A program made the translations under genes and the position numbers. Below the pieces are notes generated by a model. It made no database searches and had not been told where the DNA came from. It worked only from the letters and a program-made list of their open reading frames with translations. Source: Felis catus (taxonomy: Eukaryota). From it: 64,000 bases of DNA. Location of the stretch: the NCBI RefSeq assembly GCF_018350175.1, contig NC_058369.1:27282001-27346000 (forward strand), read 5' to 3'. Positions 62,931 through 64,000 of this stretch are shown piece by piece (position 1 is the stretch's first letter; every line of letters begins with the position of its first letter).

Positions 62931-63689
62931 CTAAAAATTAAAGTGCATATTAAAAAGGCTCACTTTTCAGTATCAATCAACTGCCAGATACATTCTAATA
63001 GAATGTCTAGATTTTAAGAGAAACAGGAAAGGAAAATATATGAGGCATCTAGGCAAAAGGAACACATAACTTAGGAGAGAAAGAATAATCGATTTCATCA
63101 GACTTTTTCATAGCAACACTTTATTACAGAAGAAAATGTAATAAAGAAGATGTGAGTGAAGAGTTAATGTCTACCAAAAAGAATCTTCTAGTATAAAAGG
63201 CACAGATAAAAATAATATGTAAGGATATCTTCCCATCATGGTTTTTGTTTGTTTTTAAAGAAATCTACTAGAGAATTAGCTTCAGATCACCAGAATGACT
63301 AGAGACATCAGTGCAAAAACTGGGATGGGACATTAAATGAACTTGTATATCTATGACAAAAAAGGGAGATTATGCTAAGTAGTGGTTATATGATCTGACA
63401 GTGCAGACATAGTACAACCAAAAATGGAGGAAAATTGAAAGACATATGTAAAAAAATGTTATAACTATTTTCAGGAATAATAATTGGTGATGTTAGTATT
63501 GTTATTCTGAGATTCATGTATGTATACAGATGTAATCTGGGAAAATTATAAGTAAAATTCCTATAGTCCCAGATTGAATTATAAATATTATTATAAATTC
63601 ATGAGGTATTCAGGCTTTGAGCATTAATTACTAGTAACATTAAAACAAACAAAAAAAGCAAAAACAGAGCAATACAATGTGTCTTTGGG

Positions 63690-63905
63690 TAAAACAACAC
63701 ATTACCAGCCTGTGTCTTGCTAAAGGGATCAAACCTGATCTGGGTTTGGCTGTCAACTTGTGAGAAATACTCAGGACAGAGGAACATGTTCAATTGCCCA
63801 TAAGTGTGTAAACAACAAATCCCAGACAGTGGGAAACCCCCACTGGTCAAATGGCCCAGGATCTTTAACAGATAAATACTAAGAGATGGAGGAGGGAACA
63901 TCTTG
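63690..63905 (+). mobile_element. L1MC-type 3'UTR fragment
   Basis: GGACAGAGGAACATGTT...CCCAGACAGTGGGAAAC...AAATGGCCCAGGATCTTTAACAGATAAAT. Confidence 0.6.
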
Positions 63906-64000
63906 GCTAGGAGACCTTCTCCATCTTGTTGGTTTATTGGAAAATAGAAGAAAAAATTAAGAATTCATGTAAAACTTTTAGAATTATTTAAAACCTTGGT

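Larger units (their letters stand above)
61950..63590 (+). mobile_element. HAL1/L1 ORF1-like old element interrupted by SINEs
   Basis: ORF1-type motifs ATAATAGGAGTTCCTGAAAAAG and CATCAGACTTTTTCATAGCAACACT; HAL1-like AATCTACTAGAGAATTAGCTTCAGA...AATGACTAGAGACATC. 5' extent uncertain. Confidence 0.65.

Noticed and set aside
1..64000. CRISPR array, operon, intact provirus or a named host gene
   Set aside because: Mammalian DNA with no repeat-spacer array, no gag/pol/env and no recognisable exon, so the host locus cannot be named from sequence alone.

Overview
Felid (cat-like) nuclear DNA, judged from about 18 tRNA-derived CanSINEs, several of the Felidae-type SINEC_Fc form. The window looks intronic or intergenic: I recognise no intact protein-coding exon, RNA gene or CpG-island promoter. 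The one clear gene-derived sequence is an old processed pseudogene of SNRPB2 (U2 snRNP B''), about 13.9-14.96 kb on +, split by a CanSINE with a perfect 17-bp target-site duplication (TSD). The rest is layered transposon debris: a Charlie1-type hAT fossil with both ends, transposase remnants and three nested SINEs; L1M, HAL1, L2 and MIR fragments; MLT1/ERVL solo LTRs; hAT MITEs; microsatellites. Several repeat-free, transcription-factor-motif-rich blocks may be developmental enhancers, and a few + strand segments have good splice signals. I found no convincing new biological system. Repeat names and SNRPB2 comparisons come from recalled consensus sequences, not a database search; old-repeat boundaries are approximate.
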